From Candidatus Eiseniibacteriota bacterium (GTDB lineage Bacteria; Eisenbacteria; RBG-16-71-46), in the NCBI GenBank assembly GCA_963707915.1, contig OY970178.1:2912001-2976000 (forward strand): 64,000 nt of DNA, given 5' to 3'. Both the position numbers and the translations under genes were made by a program. Below the pieces are notes generated by a model, which was not told where the DNA came from, did no database searches, and was given only the letters and a program-made list of their open reading frames with translations. Of the stretch, positions 9,372 through 19,362 are shown piece after piece (position 1 is the stretch's first letter; every line of letters begins with the position of its first letter).

Positions 9372-10865
9372 GTGAGGCATCGTGCGATCACTCTCGGCGC
9401 CGGCCTGGCAACGCTGGCATTGGCGCTGGCGCTCGCCGGGACGGCCGAGGCGCGCAACCCCAACTGCGCGGGCGGGATCCAGTACGTCGTGCAGGCCATG
9501 CGTGACAAGGAGAAGGGCAACCTCGAGGACTACCAGCGCGAGATGCTCAAGGCGGTCGACCGGCTCACCATGTGCTCGAACGAGGACCCCGAGGACTTCG
9601 AGGCCCTGGCCTACCTGGGTTGGGCCTGCGCCGAGATCGACAGCGCCTGCCCGGCCGGACAGGCCTTCCAGAAGGCCATCGCGGGCCTGAAGGCCAGGAA
9701 CGACAAGAAGGTCGACTGGGCGATCAGCAACCGCGAGTCCTACTGGGCCAAGAACTTCAACCAGGGCGTGGCCGACATCCAGGCCGGCCAGGCCGCATAC
9801 GCCGAGTTCACCAAGGAGCCCGCGGACGACGGGGAGCGGGCGCTCAAGGCGGAGGCCGCCAACAAGTACGCCTCGGCCATCGCCGCCCTCGACCGCGCCG
9901 CCTGCCTGCGACCCGGCGATGGGCGCACCGCGCGCAACCTCGGGACGGTCTACGCGCTGATGGGCGACATGATGAAGGCCGACGCGGTCCTGCGCGAGGG
10001 GCTGGTGGCCGCCCCCGGAGACACCGACCTCGTCAACTCCCTGTCGCTGGTACGCCGCGGCCACGCGGGCAAGTTGCTGGACGAGAAGAAGTACGCCGAG
10101 GCCATCGGCTTCTACGTCGAACTGCTCAAGAGCAGCCCGGACGACGCGGGCCTGCACAGCGGCCTCGCGGACGCCTACTTCAAGCGTGCATTCACGCTCG
10201 ACGGCGACGCCCGAAAGCCGGACTTCAAGAGCGCCGGGGACGAGTATTCGAAGGCCGCCGCGCTCAAGGGTGGCGAGCCCGATCTGCTGTTCAACGCGGC
10301 ACTGGCCTACCAGAACGGCGGGGAATACGTGCTGGCCGAGGGCCAGTGGCGGGAGTTCGTGAAGGTCAAGCCCGACGAGACCGAGGCGCTCTCGGCGTTC
10401 GGCTCGACGCTGGCCGAGTTGAAGAAGTACGACGAGGCCGCCGCCGCGCTGCACCGGGCGGTGAACCTCAAGCCGATGGACAAGAACCTCCACCGCCAGC
10501 TGGGCGGCGTGTACTCGAAGGCCGGCAACAACGACGCGTCCAGCGGCGAGATCATGCTCTACCTGGCGCTCAGCGGCGGTGTCGCGGCGGAGAACCCCGC
10601 CGAGGCGGCGAAGAAGGCGCCGGCCAAGTCGGCGGCGGCCGCCACGCTGGCGTCGATGGGAGCGCCGGAGGAGCTGCGCTACTGGGAGAGCGAGGGCCAG
10701 AAGTTCGAGACCTGGGCCTACTGGCAGAAGAAGATCGCCTACTCCTTCACGGGCGGGGTCGAGGTCGCCAAGGCCAACTGGGGAGTGCCGCCGCCGAAGC
10801 TCGAGAAGCCCGCTCCGGCAACGCCGGCCAAGCCCACGTCCAGGGTCGTCGGGAAGAAGAAGTAG
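9372..10865 (+). CDS. Secreted tetratricopeptide-repeat protein
   Basis: RBS GGAGG before GTG 9372; signal peptide ending AEA; repeated TPR-like helices (NLGTVY, GLADAY, NAALAY, QLGGVY). Confidence 0.75.
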   Translation: MRHRAITLGAGLATLALALALAGTAEARNPNCAGGIQYVVQAMRDKEKGNLEDYQREMLKAVDRLTMCSNEDPEDFEALAYLGWACAEIDSACPAGQAFQKAIAGLKARNDKKVDWAISNRESYWAKNFNQGVADIQAGQAAYAEFTKEPADDGERALKAEAANKYASAIAALDRAACLRPGDGRTARNLGTVYALMGDMMKADAVLREGLVAAPGDTDLVNSLSLVRRGHAGKLLDEKKYAEAIGFYVELLKSSPDDAGLHSGLADAYFKRAFTLDGDARKPDFKSAGDEYSKAAALKGGEPDLLFNAALAYQNGGEYVLAEGQWREFVKVKPDETEALSAFGSTLAELKKYDEAAAALHRAVNLKPMDKNLHRQLGGVYSKAGNNDASSGEIMLYLALSGGVAAENPAEAAKKAPAKSAAAATLASMGAPEELRYWESEGQKFETWAYWQKKIAYSFTGGVEVAKANWGVPPPKLEKPAPATPAKPTSRVVGKKK

Positions 10866-10982
10866 GCGGGATCCACCGCGGGAGCGCCCGCGGGACCCGC
10901 ACGTCCATGAGCCGAGGCCACGGCCGGCCCGAGGGAAGCTCCTCCCGGGCCGGCCGTGGTGGCAGGTGGAGGGCATGAAGCG

Positions 10983-11942
10983 ATGACGACGCGGATGGCC
11001 GAGCGGACGATCGCCGTGCTGGGGTTCGGCAACCAGGGCGAGGCGCACGCGTTGAACCTGCGGGACGCCGGGCTCGAGGTCGTGGTCGGCGCGCGGGCCG
11101 GAGGCGCGGCCGAGGCCCGCTCCCGCCTGCTCGGCTTCCCCACGCTCGACCTGTCCGGAGCGGCCAGCCGCGCGGCCGTCGTCGCGGTGCTCCTGCCCGA
11201 CGAGGCGCTGCCCGGAACCTGGCCCGCGGTGGCGCCCGCGCTCGCGCCGGGCACGGCCCTGGTCTTCGCCCACGGCTACAACCTGGTCTACTCGGCGCTC
11301 GACTTCCCCGAGCGCGGCGACGTGGTGCTGGTGTCGCCGACCGCCCCGGGGCGCGTGCTGCGCGCGATGGCCGAGCGGGGCGAGACCCTGCCGGGCTACC
11401 TGGCGGTCCACCTCGACCGCAGCGGCACGGCCTGGGACCTCGCCGCGGAGTACGCCGAACGGCTGGGCTGCGCCCCGGTCTGGCGCACCACCGTGCGCGA
11501 GGAGACCGAGGTGGACCTCTTCGGCGAGCAGGCGGTGCTGTGCGGCGGCCTCCATTCCCTGCTGACCGCGGCCTTCGAGACCCTGGTCGAGAAGGGCTAC
11601 GCGCCGGAGATGGCCTACCTCGAGTGCATCCACCAGCTCCGCTACCTTGCCGAGTTGCTGCACGAGCGCGGCCTGGCGGGCGCGCGGCGCTCCATCAGCG
11701 CCACGGCGCTCTACGGCGATCTCACCCGCGGCCCCCGGGTGGTGGGCGAAGCCGCGCGCGCCGAGATGCGGGCCATGCTCGAAGAGATCCGCGATGGATC
11801 GTTCGCCCGCGAATGGGCCGCGGAGGTGGCGAAGGGGAAGCCCTGGCTGCGGGATCGGGTCGCGAAGGCGGAGACGCATCCGCTCGAAGAGGCACGACGG
11901 CGGGCGCTCGAGGCGGGAGAGGAGCACCCCGAGGCGGGATGA
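10983..11942 (+). CDS. ilvC: Ketol-acid reductoisomerase homologue (class I, divergent)
   Basis: GFGNQGEAHALNLRDAG, LLPDE, FAHG, ETEVDLFGEQAVLCGG, GYAPEMAYLEC, IRDGSFAREW. Confidence 0.85.
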   Translation: MTTRMAERTIAVLGFGNQGEAHALNLRDAGLEVVVGARAGGAAEARSRLLGFPTLDLSGAASRAAVVAVLLPDEALPGTWPAVAPALAPGTALVFAHGYNLVYSALDFPERGDVVLVSPTAPGRVLRAMAERGETLPGYLAVHLDRSGTAWDLAAEYAERLGCAPVWRTTVREETEVDLFGEQAVLCGGLHSLLTAAFETLVEKGYAPEMAYLECIHQLRYLAELLHERGLAGARRSISATALYGDLTRGPRVVGEAARAEMRAMLEEIRDGSFAREWAAEVAKGKPWLRDRVAKAETHPLEEARRRALEAGEEHPEAG

Positions 11943-11970
11943 ATCGCGCAACGCCTTGCGCAAAAACCGA

Positions 11971-12000
11971 TTGACAGGCTTTGCCCCGGGTTGCTAGCCT
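11971..12000 (+). promoter_or_regulatory. Strong sigma70-type promoter of the HU gene
   Basis: A-tract, then TTGACA-N18-TAGCCT with a TG extended -10. Confidence 0.7.
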
Positions 12001-12063
12001 GCGCATCGGAAGTGGCTGCCGGCCCCGAAGGTGTTGGCCCGGATGGCGTTGAGGAGGATGGAG

Positions 12064-12342
12064 ATGACCAAGGCGGATATCGTCGACCAGATCGCGGAGC
12101 GCACCGGGCTCACCAAGAAGGACGTGGCGGAGACCGTGGATCATTTCCTCAATGCGGTGGCGCGTGCTCTCGCCACCGGCAATCACATCGAGATCCGGGG
12201 CTTCGGCACGTTCCGGGTGAAGGACCGCAAGCAGCGGATCGCCCGGAACCCGCGCACCGGAGAGGCCGTCCCGGTCCCTCCGCGCAAGGTGCCGGTGTTC
12301 AAGGTGTCGAAGGAACTCAAGGACATGGTCGCCCAGAGCTGA
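12064..12342 (+). CDS. hup: HU/IHF family DNA-binding protein
   Basis: GAGGAGG RBS; MTKADIV, IEIRGFGTF, ARNPRTGE, PVFKVSKELK. Confidence 0.93.
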   Translation: MTKADIVDQIAERTGLTKKDVAETVDHFLNAVARALATGNHIEIRGFGTFRVKDRKQRIARNPRTGEAVPVPPRKVPVFKVSKELKDMVAQS

Positions 12343-12399
12343 CGGTCGTCCGACCGGTCCCGCGCCGCGAATGCCGCGGCGAGGGGCGAGCGAGACCGG

Positions 12400-12435
12400 G
12401 ACGGCGGGCAGGAGCCGAGGCTCCCGCCCGCCGTC
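12400..12435. terminator. Hairpin between convergent genes
   Basis: GACGGCGGGC-A-GGAGCC...GGCTCC-C-GCCCGCCGTC inverted repeat. Confidence 0.55.
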
Positions 12436-12454
12436 TTCGTGTCCGCTCGGGACG

Positions 12455-13150
12455 CTATCGCCGGCTGTTGCGGAGCAGCACCAGTCGCAGCAGCTGCAGC
12501 GCCGCCATGGCAGCGGCCGCGACGTAGGTGAGCGCGGCGGCGTCCAGCACCTTCTTCGCGCCCGCCACCTCCTGGGGGGCGATCGCCCCGGTCTCGGTCA
12601 GCTGGGCGAGCGCGCGCCGGGAGGCGTTGAACTCCACGGGCAGCGTGACGAACTGGAACAGCACCGCGCCCGAGAAGAAGAGGATGCCCAGGTCCATGAA
12701 GAACAGCGACATCCCCGAGCGGAAGAACATGCCGACCAGGAACAGCGGGAACGCCAGCGTGCTGGCGAAGCCCGCCACCGGCGCGATGGCCGAGCGGATC
12801 GCCAGCGGCGCGTAGCCGTTCGCGTGCTGGAGCGCGTGGCCCACCTCGTGTGCGGCCACCGCGATCGAGGCCAGCGAGTCGCCCTCGTAGTTGTTGACGG
12901 AGAGCCGCACCTTCCGCGCCCGCGGGTCGTAGTGGTCGGTGAGGACCCCGTCCACCTCCTCGATGCCCACGTCGGAGAGGCCGTTGCGGACCATGATCGA
13001 GCGCGCCATGTCCCGGCCGGTCATGCCGTTGGTCGCACGGACCTGGGACATCTTCTTGTAGGTGCTCTGCACCTTCCACTGCGCCCAGAAGGCGAAGATC
13101 ATCGCGGGGATGAGCAGGATGAATGTCGGGTCGAAGCCCATGAAGAACAT
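12455..13150 (-). CDS. Membrane neutral zinc metallopeptidase (YugP-like)
   Basis: GAGGAG RBS; LTDHYDP, AAHEVGHALQ, LPVEFNASRRA, VLDAAALTY; hydrophobic segments. Confidence 0.9.
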   Translation of the reverse strand: MFFMGFDPTFILLIPAMIFAFWAQWKVQSTYKKMSQVRATNGMTGRDMARSIMVRNGLSDVGIEEVDGVLTDHYDPRARKVRLSVNNYEGDSLASIAVAAHEVGHALQHANGYAPLAIRSAIAPVAGFASTLAFPLFLVGMFFRSGMSLFFMDLGILFFSGAVLFQFVTLPVEFNASRRALAQLTETGAIAPQEVAGAKKVLDAAALTYVAAAAMAALQLLRLVLLRNSRR

Positions 13151-13453
13151 GACGTGGATGACTCCTCTGCGTGGCCGCGCAGCGACGGCGGGTGCCGGCG
13201 CGCTCGGCCAGTCGATCGTTCGGTCGGATAGGGTCCGCTCCGCCGCGGCGCGCGAATGGTATCGTGCGGGGCGCGGAGCTCTCGCCGCTCTCGAAGGGAA
13301 CGGTAGCAGCCCTGGCGGGTCGAAGCTACCGGGTCTGGTGCTCGTGTCAGGGAACGGTCACGCCCACGCTGCGGGGCGCCATGATCCAGGGGTGGCGGAG
13401 CGGAAACGGCACGGCGACCGCCGCCCCGTGCCCGGTGTCGACCGGAGGGAACC

Positions 13454-15268
13454 ATGAGAACGTCCGTCGTCCTGATCGTCCTGGTCCTGCTGCTGGGCGC
13501 GTCCGCGGCACCGGGCCGGGCGTCGCAATACCTTTCCCTCCGCGGCCTCCACGGTGGCCTGGCCGGGATCGCCGCCGACCGGCCGACGGACGTGAGCCTC
13601 AGGATCTACGACGCCCGCACGGGTGGGCGCCTCCTCGCGGGTCCGTTCCAGCCGCTCGAGCTCACCTCGTCGGGCGGCGAGATCTCCGCGGTCTTCGGTC
13701 CCGTTCCGGACGAGGTCCTCGCCGCCGCCACCCAGTGGCTGGAGGTGAGCCTGGGCGGGGCCCCGCAGCCGCGCGAAGAGTTGGAGACGGTCTACTACGA
13801 CGAGGCGGACGAGCAGGGTCGACTGACCGGCGGCCGGACCCTGGAACTGCGCCCGTCGGCGGGTCGCGCGCTCGCCCCGGCGGCATCCTCCGTCACCACG
13901 ATCCTCGAGAACGGCCCGGTGTCCCGCCGGATCGACCTGGTCTTCGTGGGGGACGGCTACCGGTCGACGGATCTCCCGGCCTACGCGGTGCACGTCCAGA
14001 ACGCGCTCGACGCCCTGCTCGCGCAGGAGCCGTACGCGACCTACCGGACGTTCTTCAACGCCCACCGGGTCGACGTGATCTCGACCGATTCGGGGGTGGA
14101 CAACGATCCGACGCAGGGGATTTACCGCAACACCGCGATGGACATGGCCTTCTGGTGCGGGGGCACCGAGCGGCTGCTGTGCGTGAACGTGGGCAAGGCT
14201 CAGGCCTTCGCGGCCGAAGCCCCGCAGGCCGACCACGTGCTGGCGGTGGCGAACTCCACGAAGTACGGCGGAGCGGGGTACACGGCCTCGGACCTGGCGA
14301 CCTTCTCCGGCGGGAACAGCTCCTCGGCGGGAGTGGCCATCCACGAGCTGGGCCACAGCCTGGGCAACCTGGCCGACGAGTACGACTACGGCGGCAGCAC
14401 CTACTACACGGGCGGCGAGCCCGCCGCGCCGAACGTGTCCGTCCTCGACGCGACCGCCATGGCCGCGGCCGGCACGAAGTGGGCGCCCTGGCTCGGCGCC
14501 GCGGGCGTCGGCTTCGACGGGCCGGTGTCCGCGTTCGAAGGCGCGAACTACAGCCTGTATGGCATCTACCGGCCGACCTGGAACTCCGTGATGCGTTCGC
14601 TCTTCCGGCCGTTCAACCCGCCGTCGGTCGAGAACCTGATCCTCGAGTTCTACGCCCTGGTCTGCCCGATCGACACCTCGGGCGTGGTCGGAGGGGGCCC
14701 GGTCGGCCAGTCGTCGGTCGTCTACGTCGATCCCGTGGACCCGATCGGCCACCCGCTGGACATCCAGTGGTCGGTGGACGGGATCCCCGTCCCCGCCGCG
14801 AACCAGGAGAGCCTTCGCATCGCGCCGCTGCTCGGGTCGCTGGGTCTGTCCCCCGGGGAGCACTCGTTGTCGGTGCGCGTGACGGACAACACCGCCCTGG
14901 TCCGGAGCGAGACCGCGCGCGCGGCCCGGATGACGGCGACCCGCTCCTGGGCCTGGTCCGTCGCGCCCTGGGCGGCGGTGGAGGATCCCGGCGGCCGCGG
15001 AGGCTCGAACTCCCTGCGACTCTCGATCGCGCCCTCCCCGTTCACGCACGCGACCGTGCTCCACTACCGGATCCCCGCGGCGTCACGGGTGAGGGTCGCG
15101 GTGTACGATCCCTTCGGACGCGAGGTCGAGACGCTCTGCGACCGCGTGCAGGCGGCCGGCCCGCACCAGGTCACGTTCGACGGACGCGGCCGGCCAGCCG
15201 GCATCTACGTCGTCCGCCTGGCCACGGAGCATGGCAGCGTCACCCGCAAGGCGCTGCTGCTGCGCTAG
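13454..15268 (+). CDS. Secreted M64 (IgA peptidase family) metallopeptidase with C-terminal FlgD/T9SS-CTD-like domain
   Basis: Signal peptide; NGPVSRRIDLVFVGDGY, YGGAG, HELGHSLGNLADEY, FEGA, YRP..NSVMR; CTD VYDPFGREV...GIYVVRL. Confidence 0.85.
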   Translation: MRTSVVLIVLVLLLGASAAPGRASQYLSLRGLHGGLAGIAADRPTDVSLRIYDARTGGRLLAGPFQPLELTSSGGEISAVFGPVPDEVLAAATQWLEVSLGGAPQPREELETVYYDEADEQGRLTGGRTLELRPSAGRALAPAASSVTTILENGPVSRRIDLVFVGDGYRSTDLPAYAVHVQNALDALLAQEPYATYRTFFNAHRVDVISTDSGVDNDPTQGIYRNTAMDMAFWCGGTERLLCVNVGKAQAFAAEAPQADHVLAVANSTKYGGAGYTASDLATFSGGNSSSAGVAIHELGHSLGNLADEYDYGGSTYYTGGEPAAPNVSVLDATAMAAAGTKWAPWLGAAGVGFDGPVSAFEGANYSLYGIYRPTWNSVMRSLFRPFNPPSVENLILEFYALVCPIDTSGVVGGGPVGQSSVVYVDPVDPIGHPLDIQWSVDGIPVPAANQESLRIAPLLGSLGLSPGEHSLSVRVTDNTALVRSETARAARMTATRSWAWSVAPWAAVEDPGGRGGSNSLRLSIAPSPFTHATVLHYRIPAASRVRVAVYDPFGREVETLCDRVQAAGPHQVTFDGRGRPAGIYVVRLATEHGSVTRKALLLR

Positions 15269-15289
15269 TACCGCCAGCTCCCGGCCGGA

Positions 15290-15323
15290 TCCCGTTCCCC
15301 GATCGCCCGACCGGGGAACGGGA
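15290..15323 (+). terminator. Stem-loop after the M64 gene
   Basis: TCCCGTTCCCCG...CGGGGAACGGGA 12-bp stem. Confidence 0.5.
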
Positions 15324-15463
15324 CCGGGCCGGACGCCCGGTGGCGCCCGCACGGCTTCGCGCCCGGGCCCCCGGGTCCCTTCCCGCGCCGCGGGGGTTCC
15401 CCTACACTGCCGCGAGCGGCACCCGTCTACGTTGTCTTCCACCCACCCGAGCGAAAGCCCGCC

Positions 15464-16525
15464 ATGAGTCCCGCCGACCCCGCCGTCGACCTGCGCAGCG
15501 ACACCGTCACCCGTCCGACCCCGGCCATGCGGCGGGCCATCATGGACGCCGAGGTCGGCGACGACGTCTTCGGCGATGACCCCACCGTGCAGGCACTCGA
15601 GCGCCGGGTCGCGGAGCTGGCGGGCAAGGAGGCGGCGCTCTTCGTGACCAGCGGCACGATGGGCAACCAGCTGGCCATCAAGTGCCACACCGAGCCCGGG
15701 GACGAGGTGTTGCTCGAGCCGGAGTCGCACATCTTCCTCTACGAGCAGGGCGGGCTGGGGGCGAACTCCGGCTGCCTCGCGCACCTGGTCCCCGCGGAAC
15801 GCGGGCTGATCGCGCCCGGGCAGGTCGCTGCCGCGGTGCGCGACCCGGCGGACGACCACGCGGCGCGGGTGCGCCTGCTGTGCCTGGAGAACACGCACAA
15901 CCGCCAGGGCGGCGTGGTCGTGCCGCTCGCGGGCCTGCAGGCCGTGGCCGTGACGGCCCGCGCACACGGCGTCGCGGTGCACCTCGACGGCGCGCGGCTG
16001 TGGAACGCCAGCGTGGCCAGCGGTGTGCCGGTGCGCGACTGGGCGGCCGCGGCCGACAGCGTGATGATGTGCTTCTCGAAGGGCCTCGGCGCGCCGGTGG
16101 GCTCCATCCTCACCGGGCCCGGCGACTTCATCCGCCGGGCCCGGCGCGTGCGCAAGCGCTGGGGCGGCGGCATGCGCCAGGTCGGCATCCTCGCGGCGGC
16201 CTGCCTGCACGCGCTCGACCACCACGTCGAACGGCTGGCGGAGGACCACCGCCGCGCCCGGACGCTCGCGGCCGGCTTCGCCGCGGCACCGGGGGTGCGG
16301 GTCCCCGAGCCGGAGACCAACATCGTCATCGTCACGCTGGAGCACCCGGCGCTCGACCCGGCCGCGGTGCTGCGCGCGCTCGAGGCGCGCGGCGTGCGCA
16401 TGGTGTCCTTCGGGGCGCGCCGGCTGCGCGCGATCACGCACCTCGACGTGGACGACGCGGGCGTGGCGCGGGCGGTGGCGGGCTTCGGCGAGGCGGTGCG
16501 GGGTGCGATCGGCAAGGGCGCTTGA
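15464..16525 (+). CDS. ltaE: Low-specificity L-threonine aldolase
   Basis: [56 protein letters not shown]. Confidence 0.93.
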   Translation: MSPADPAVDLRSDTVTRPTPAMRRAIMDAEVGDDVFGDDPTVQALERRVAELAGKEAALFVTSGTMGNQLAIKCHTEPGDEVLLEPESHIFLYEQGGLGANSGCLAHLVPAERGLIAPGQVAAAVRDPADDHAARVRLLCLENTHNRQGGVVVPLAGLQAVAVTARAHGVAVHLDGARLWNASVASGVPVRDWAAAADSVMMCFSKGLGAPVGSILTGPGDFIRRARRVRKRWGGGMRQVGILAAACLHALDHHVERLAEDHRRARTLAAGFAAAPGVRVPEPETNIVIVTLEHPALDPAAVLRALEARGVRMVSFGARRLRAITHLDVDDAGVARAVAGFGEAVRGAIGKGA

Positions 16526-16660
16526 GCGGGGGCGGCCCGGGGCTCGACCGCCGTCCGGCGCGTCCGGTGGACGCTCGAATCGGGCGCGTGCTACTTTGCG
16601 ACGGTTTCAGCAGGTGGGCCCGTGCCCGGGAACGAACGATTGACTGAAGCGACCGCCCCG

Positions 16661-17356
16661 ATGGGGACGCTGTACCTCGTGGCCACGCCGATCGGCAACC
16701 TCGAGGACATCACGCACCGCGCCCTGCGCATCCTCTCCGAGGCGGATCTCGTGGCGGCCGAAGACACGCGCCACACGCGGCGGCTGCTCCAGCATTTCGG
16801 CATCTCCGTCCCGGTGACGAGCCTGTTCGAGCACAACGAGCGCACCCGGGTGCCGGGGCTCGTCCGCAAGCTGAAGGAAGGTCTCGCGGTCGCCCTGGTG
16901 ACCGACGCCGGCTCGCCGGGGGTGGCCGATCCGGGCTTCCCGCTGGTGCGCGCGGCGGTGGCGGAGGGGGTGCGGGTGGAGAGCATCCCGGGGCCGAGCG
17001 CGGCGATCGCGGCACTGCAGGTGAGCGGGTTGCCGACCGACGCGTTCACCTTCGTGGGGTTTCTGCCGGTCAAGCCGGGGGCGCGGCGCCGCCGGCTGGA
17101 GGAGTTGCACGAGCGGCGCGAGACGGTGGTGGCGTTCGAGTCGCCCCACCGCATCGATGCCTGCCTCGCGGAGCTCGAGGCGATCTGGGGCGAGCGCCCC
17201 GTCGCGCTGGCCCGCGAGCTGACCAAGGCGTTCGAAGAGGTGCTGCGGGGCACGGCGCGCGAGGTGCGGGCGGCGCTCACGCCGGAGAGGAGACGGGGCG
17301 AGATGGTGCTGGTGCTGGGTGGGCGTCTGCGCGGCGAGGGCGGGGCGCAGCCGTGA
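16661..17356 (+). CDS. rsmI: 16S rRNA C1402 2'-O-methyltransferase RsmI
   Basis: GTLYLVATPIGNLEDIT, AEDTRHT, TDAGSPGVADPG, FESPHR, ARELTK; alternative starts upstream (16622, 16640). Confidence 0.95.
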   Translation: MGTLYLVATPIGNLEDITHRALRILSEADLVAAEDTRHTRRLLQHFGISVPVTSLFEHNERTRVPGLVRKLKEGLAVALVTDAGSPGVADPGFPLVRAAVAEGVRVESIPGPSAAIAALQVSGLPTDAFTFVGFLPVKPGARRRRLEELHERRETVVAFESPHRIDACLAELEAIWGERPVALARELTKAFEEVLRGTAREVRAALTPERRRGEMVLVLGGRLRGEGGAQP

Positions 17357-18084
17357 GCGCGACGCCGGAGACCGGCGCAGCGGGCGCGGCGTCCGGGCGT
17401 GTCGCCCGGATCAAGCGCCGGGTGCAGGACGGCGCGCACGCGGCGGTGGAGCCGCTCGTGACGCTGCTCGCCAGGCTGGGCGTGCACGCCGACCACCTCA
17501 CGATCGCCGGGCTGGTGCTGAGCGCGCTCTCGGGGCTGGCGCTGTTCGAGGGCCACACGCGCTCCGGGGCGCTCGCACTGCTGCTCGCAGGCCTGTGCGA
17601 CATCCTCGACGGCGAGCTGGCGCGCCGCTCCGGCCAGGAGTCGCGCTTCGGCGCGTTCCTCGACTCGACCCTCGACCGGCTCTCCGAGGCCCTCGTGCTG
17701 CTGGGCATCCTCGGGTTCTACCTGCGCAACCTGTACGCGCTGGTGATGCACCCGGAACGGGCGCTGCAGCAGATCAGCACCGGGCTCGATCCGCTCACCT
17801 GGGCGGTGATGGCCTTCACGGCCGCGCTGGCGATGGTCGGCTCGTTCATGGTCTCGTACACGCGGGCGCGGGCCGAAGGGCTCGGGCTCGACTGCAAGGT
17901 CGGATGGTTCGAACGTCCCGAGCGCCTGCTGTTGCTCGTGGTGGCGGGACTGCTCCGGGTATTCTGGGCGATGTCGGCGGCCCTGTTGCTGCTCGCCATC
18001 CTTTCGTTCGCCACCGCGGCGCAGCGCGTGGCGCATGTGCACAGGAACACCCGCCGCGCGGGCGTGGATCAGCTAGGAGGCTAG
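17353..18084 (+). CDS. CDP-alcohol phosphatidyltransferase, phosphatidylinositol-phosphate synthase-like
   Basis: [25 protein letters not shown] family motif; [12 protein letters not shown] and GWFERPER typical of PIP synthases; directly upstream of ino1. Confidence 0.8.
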   Translation: MSATPETGAAGAASGRVARIKRRVQDGAHAAVEPLVTLLARLGVHADHLTIAGLVLSALSGLALFEGHTRSGALALLLAGLCDILDGELARRSGQESRFGAFLDSTLDRLSEALVLLGILGFYLRNLYALVMHPERALQQISTGLDPLTWAVMAFTAALAMVGSFMVSYTRARAEGLGLDCKVGWFERPERLLLLVVAGLLRVFWAMSAALLLLAILSFATAAQRVAHVHRNTRRAGVDQLGG

Positions 18085-18088
18085 GCTC

Positions 18089-19342
18089 ATGGGCAAGGTT
18101 CGGGTGGCGATCATCGGCGTGGGGAACTGCGCATCGTCCTTCGTGCAGGGGCTGCACTATTACCGCAACGCGAAGGAGAGCGAGCGGGTCCCGGGGATCA
18201 TGCACGTCAACCTCGGCGGGTACCACATCAAGGACGTGGAGATCGTCGCGGCCATCGACATCGACAAGAACAAGGTGGGCAAGGACCTCTCCGAGGCCAT
18301 CGTCACCTGGCCGAACAACACCTTCGTCTTCGCCAAGGTGCCGAAGACCGGCGTCGTGGTGCAGCGCGGCATGACCCACGACGGGCTCGGCAAGTACCTC
18401 TCGAAGATCATCCAGAAGGCGCCCGGCTCCACGGTGGACATCGTCAAGCTGCTCAGGGACACGAAGACCGACGTGGTGGTGAACTACCTGCCGGTGGGCT
18501 CCGAGGAGGCCACCAAGTGGTACGTCGAGCAGGTCCTCGAGGCCGGTTGCGCGTTCGTCAACTGCATCCCGGTGTTCATCGCGCGCGAGCGCTACTGGCA
18601 GGAGCGCTTCGAGAAGCGCGGGCTGCCGGTGATCGGTGACGACATCAAGTCGCAGGTCGGCGCCACCATCACGCACCGCATCCTGTCGCGGTTGTTCGTC
18701 GAGCGCGGCGTGCGCATCGACCGCACCTACCAGCTCAACTTCGGCGGCAACACCGACTTCCTCAACATGCTCGAGCGCGAGCGGCTGGAGTCCAAGAAGA
18801 TCTCCAAGACCTCGGCGGTGACCAGCATCATCCCGTACCCGATCGCCGAGGAGGACATCCACGTCGGCCCGAGCGACTACATCCCGTGGCTCAAGGACCG
18901 CAAGTGGTGTCACATCCGCATGGAGGGCACGACCTTCGGTGACGTGCCTCTCAACCTGGAGATGAAGCTCGAGGTCTGGGACTCGCCCAACTCCGCCGGC
19001 GTGGTGATCGATTCGGTGCGCTGCGCCAAGCTCGGTCTCGACCACGGCCTCAAGGGCGCCCTGGTGGGCCCGTCGTCCTATTTCAAGAAGTCCCCGCCCT
19101 GGCAGTTCCCCGACGAGCAGGCGCACGCCTACACCGAGGAGTTCATTCGCGACCCGAAGTCGGACGCGCTGCTCAAGGAGCGCCTGCGGAAGGCCGGGGT
19201 CGAGCCCGCGCGGTACGTCGCCGGGGCCGGGGCGAAGGCGGTCCGGGCGTCGAAGATGGTCGAGGCCGCCAAGCCCGCCGCGAAGCGCGCGAAGGCCGCA
19301 CCCGTGGCGAAGCCGAAGGCCCGACGGGCGAAGAAGAAGTAG
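18089..19342 (+). CDS. ino1: myo-Inositol-1(3)-phosphate synthase
   Basis: [63 protein letters not shown]. Confidence 0.95.
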   Translation: MGKVRVAIIGVGNCASSFVQGLHYYRNAKESERVPGIMHVNLGGYHIKDVEIVAAIDIDKNKVGKDLSEAIVTWPNNTFVFAKVPKTGVVVQRGMTHDGLGKYLSKIIQKAPGSTVDIVKLLRDTKTDVVVNYLPVGSEEATKWYVEQVLEAGCAFVNCIPVFIARERYWQERFEKRGLPVIGDDIKSQVGATITHRILSRLFVERGVRIDRTYQLNFGGNTDFLNMLERERLESKKISKTSAVTSIIPYPIAEEDIHVGPSDYIPWLKDRKWCHIRMEGTTFGDVPLNLEMKLEVWDSPNSAGVVIDSVRCAKLGLDHGLKGALVGPSSYFKKSPPWQFPDEQAHAYTEEFIRDPKSDALLKERLRKAGVEPARYVAGAGAKAVRASKMVEAAKPAAKRAKAAPVAKPKARRAKKK

Positions 19343-19362
19343 CGCGCGCAGCGAGGGTCCGG

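Noticed and set aside
13295..13358. Direct repeat AGGGAACGGT twice in the divergent intergenic region
   Set aside because: Only two 10-bp copies with no other support
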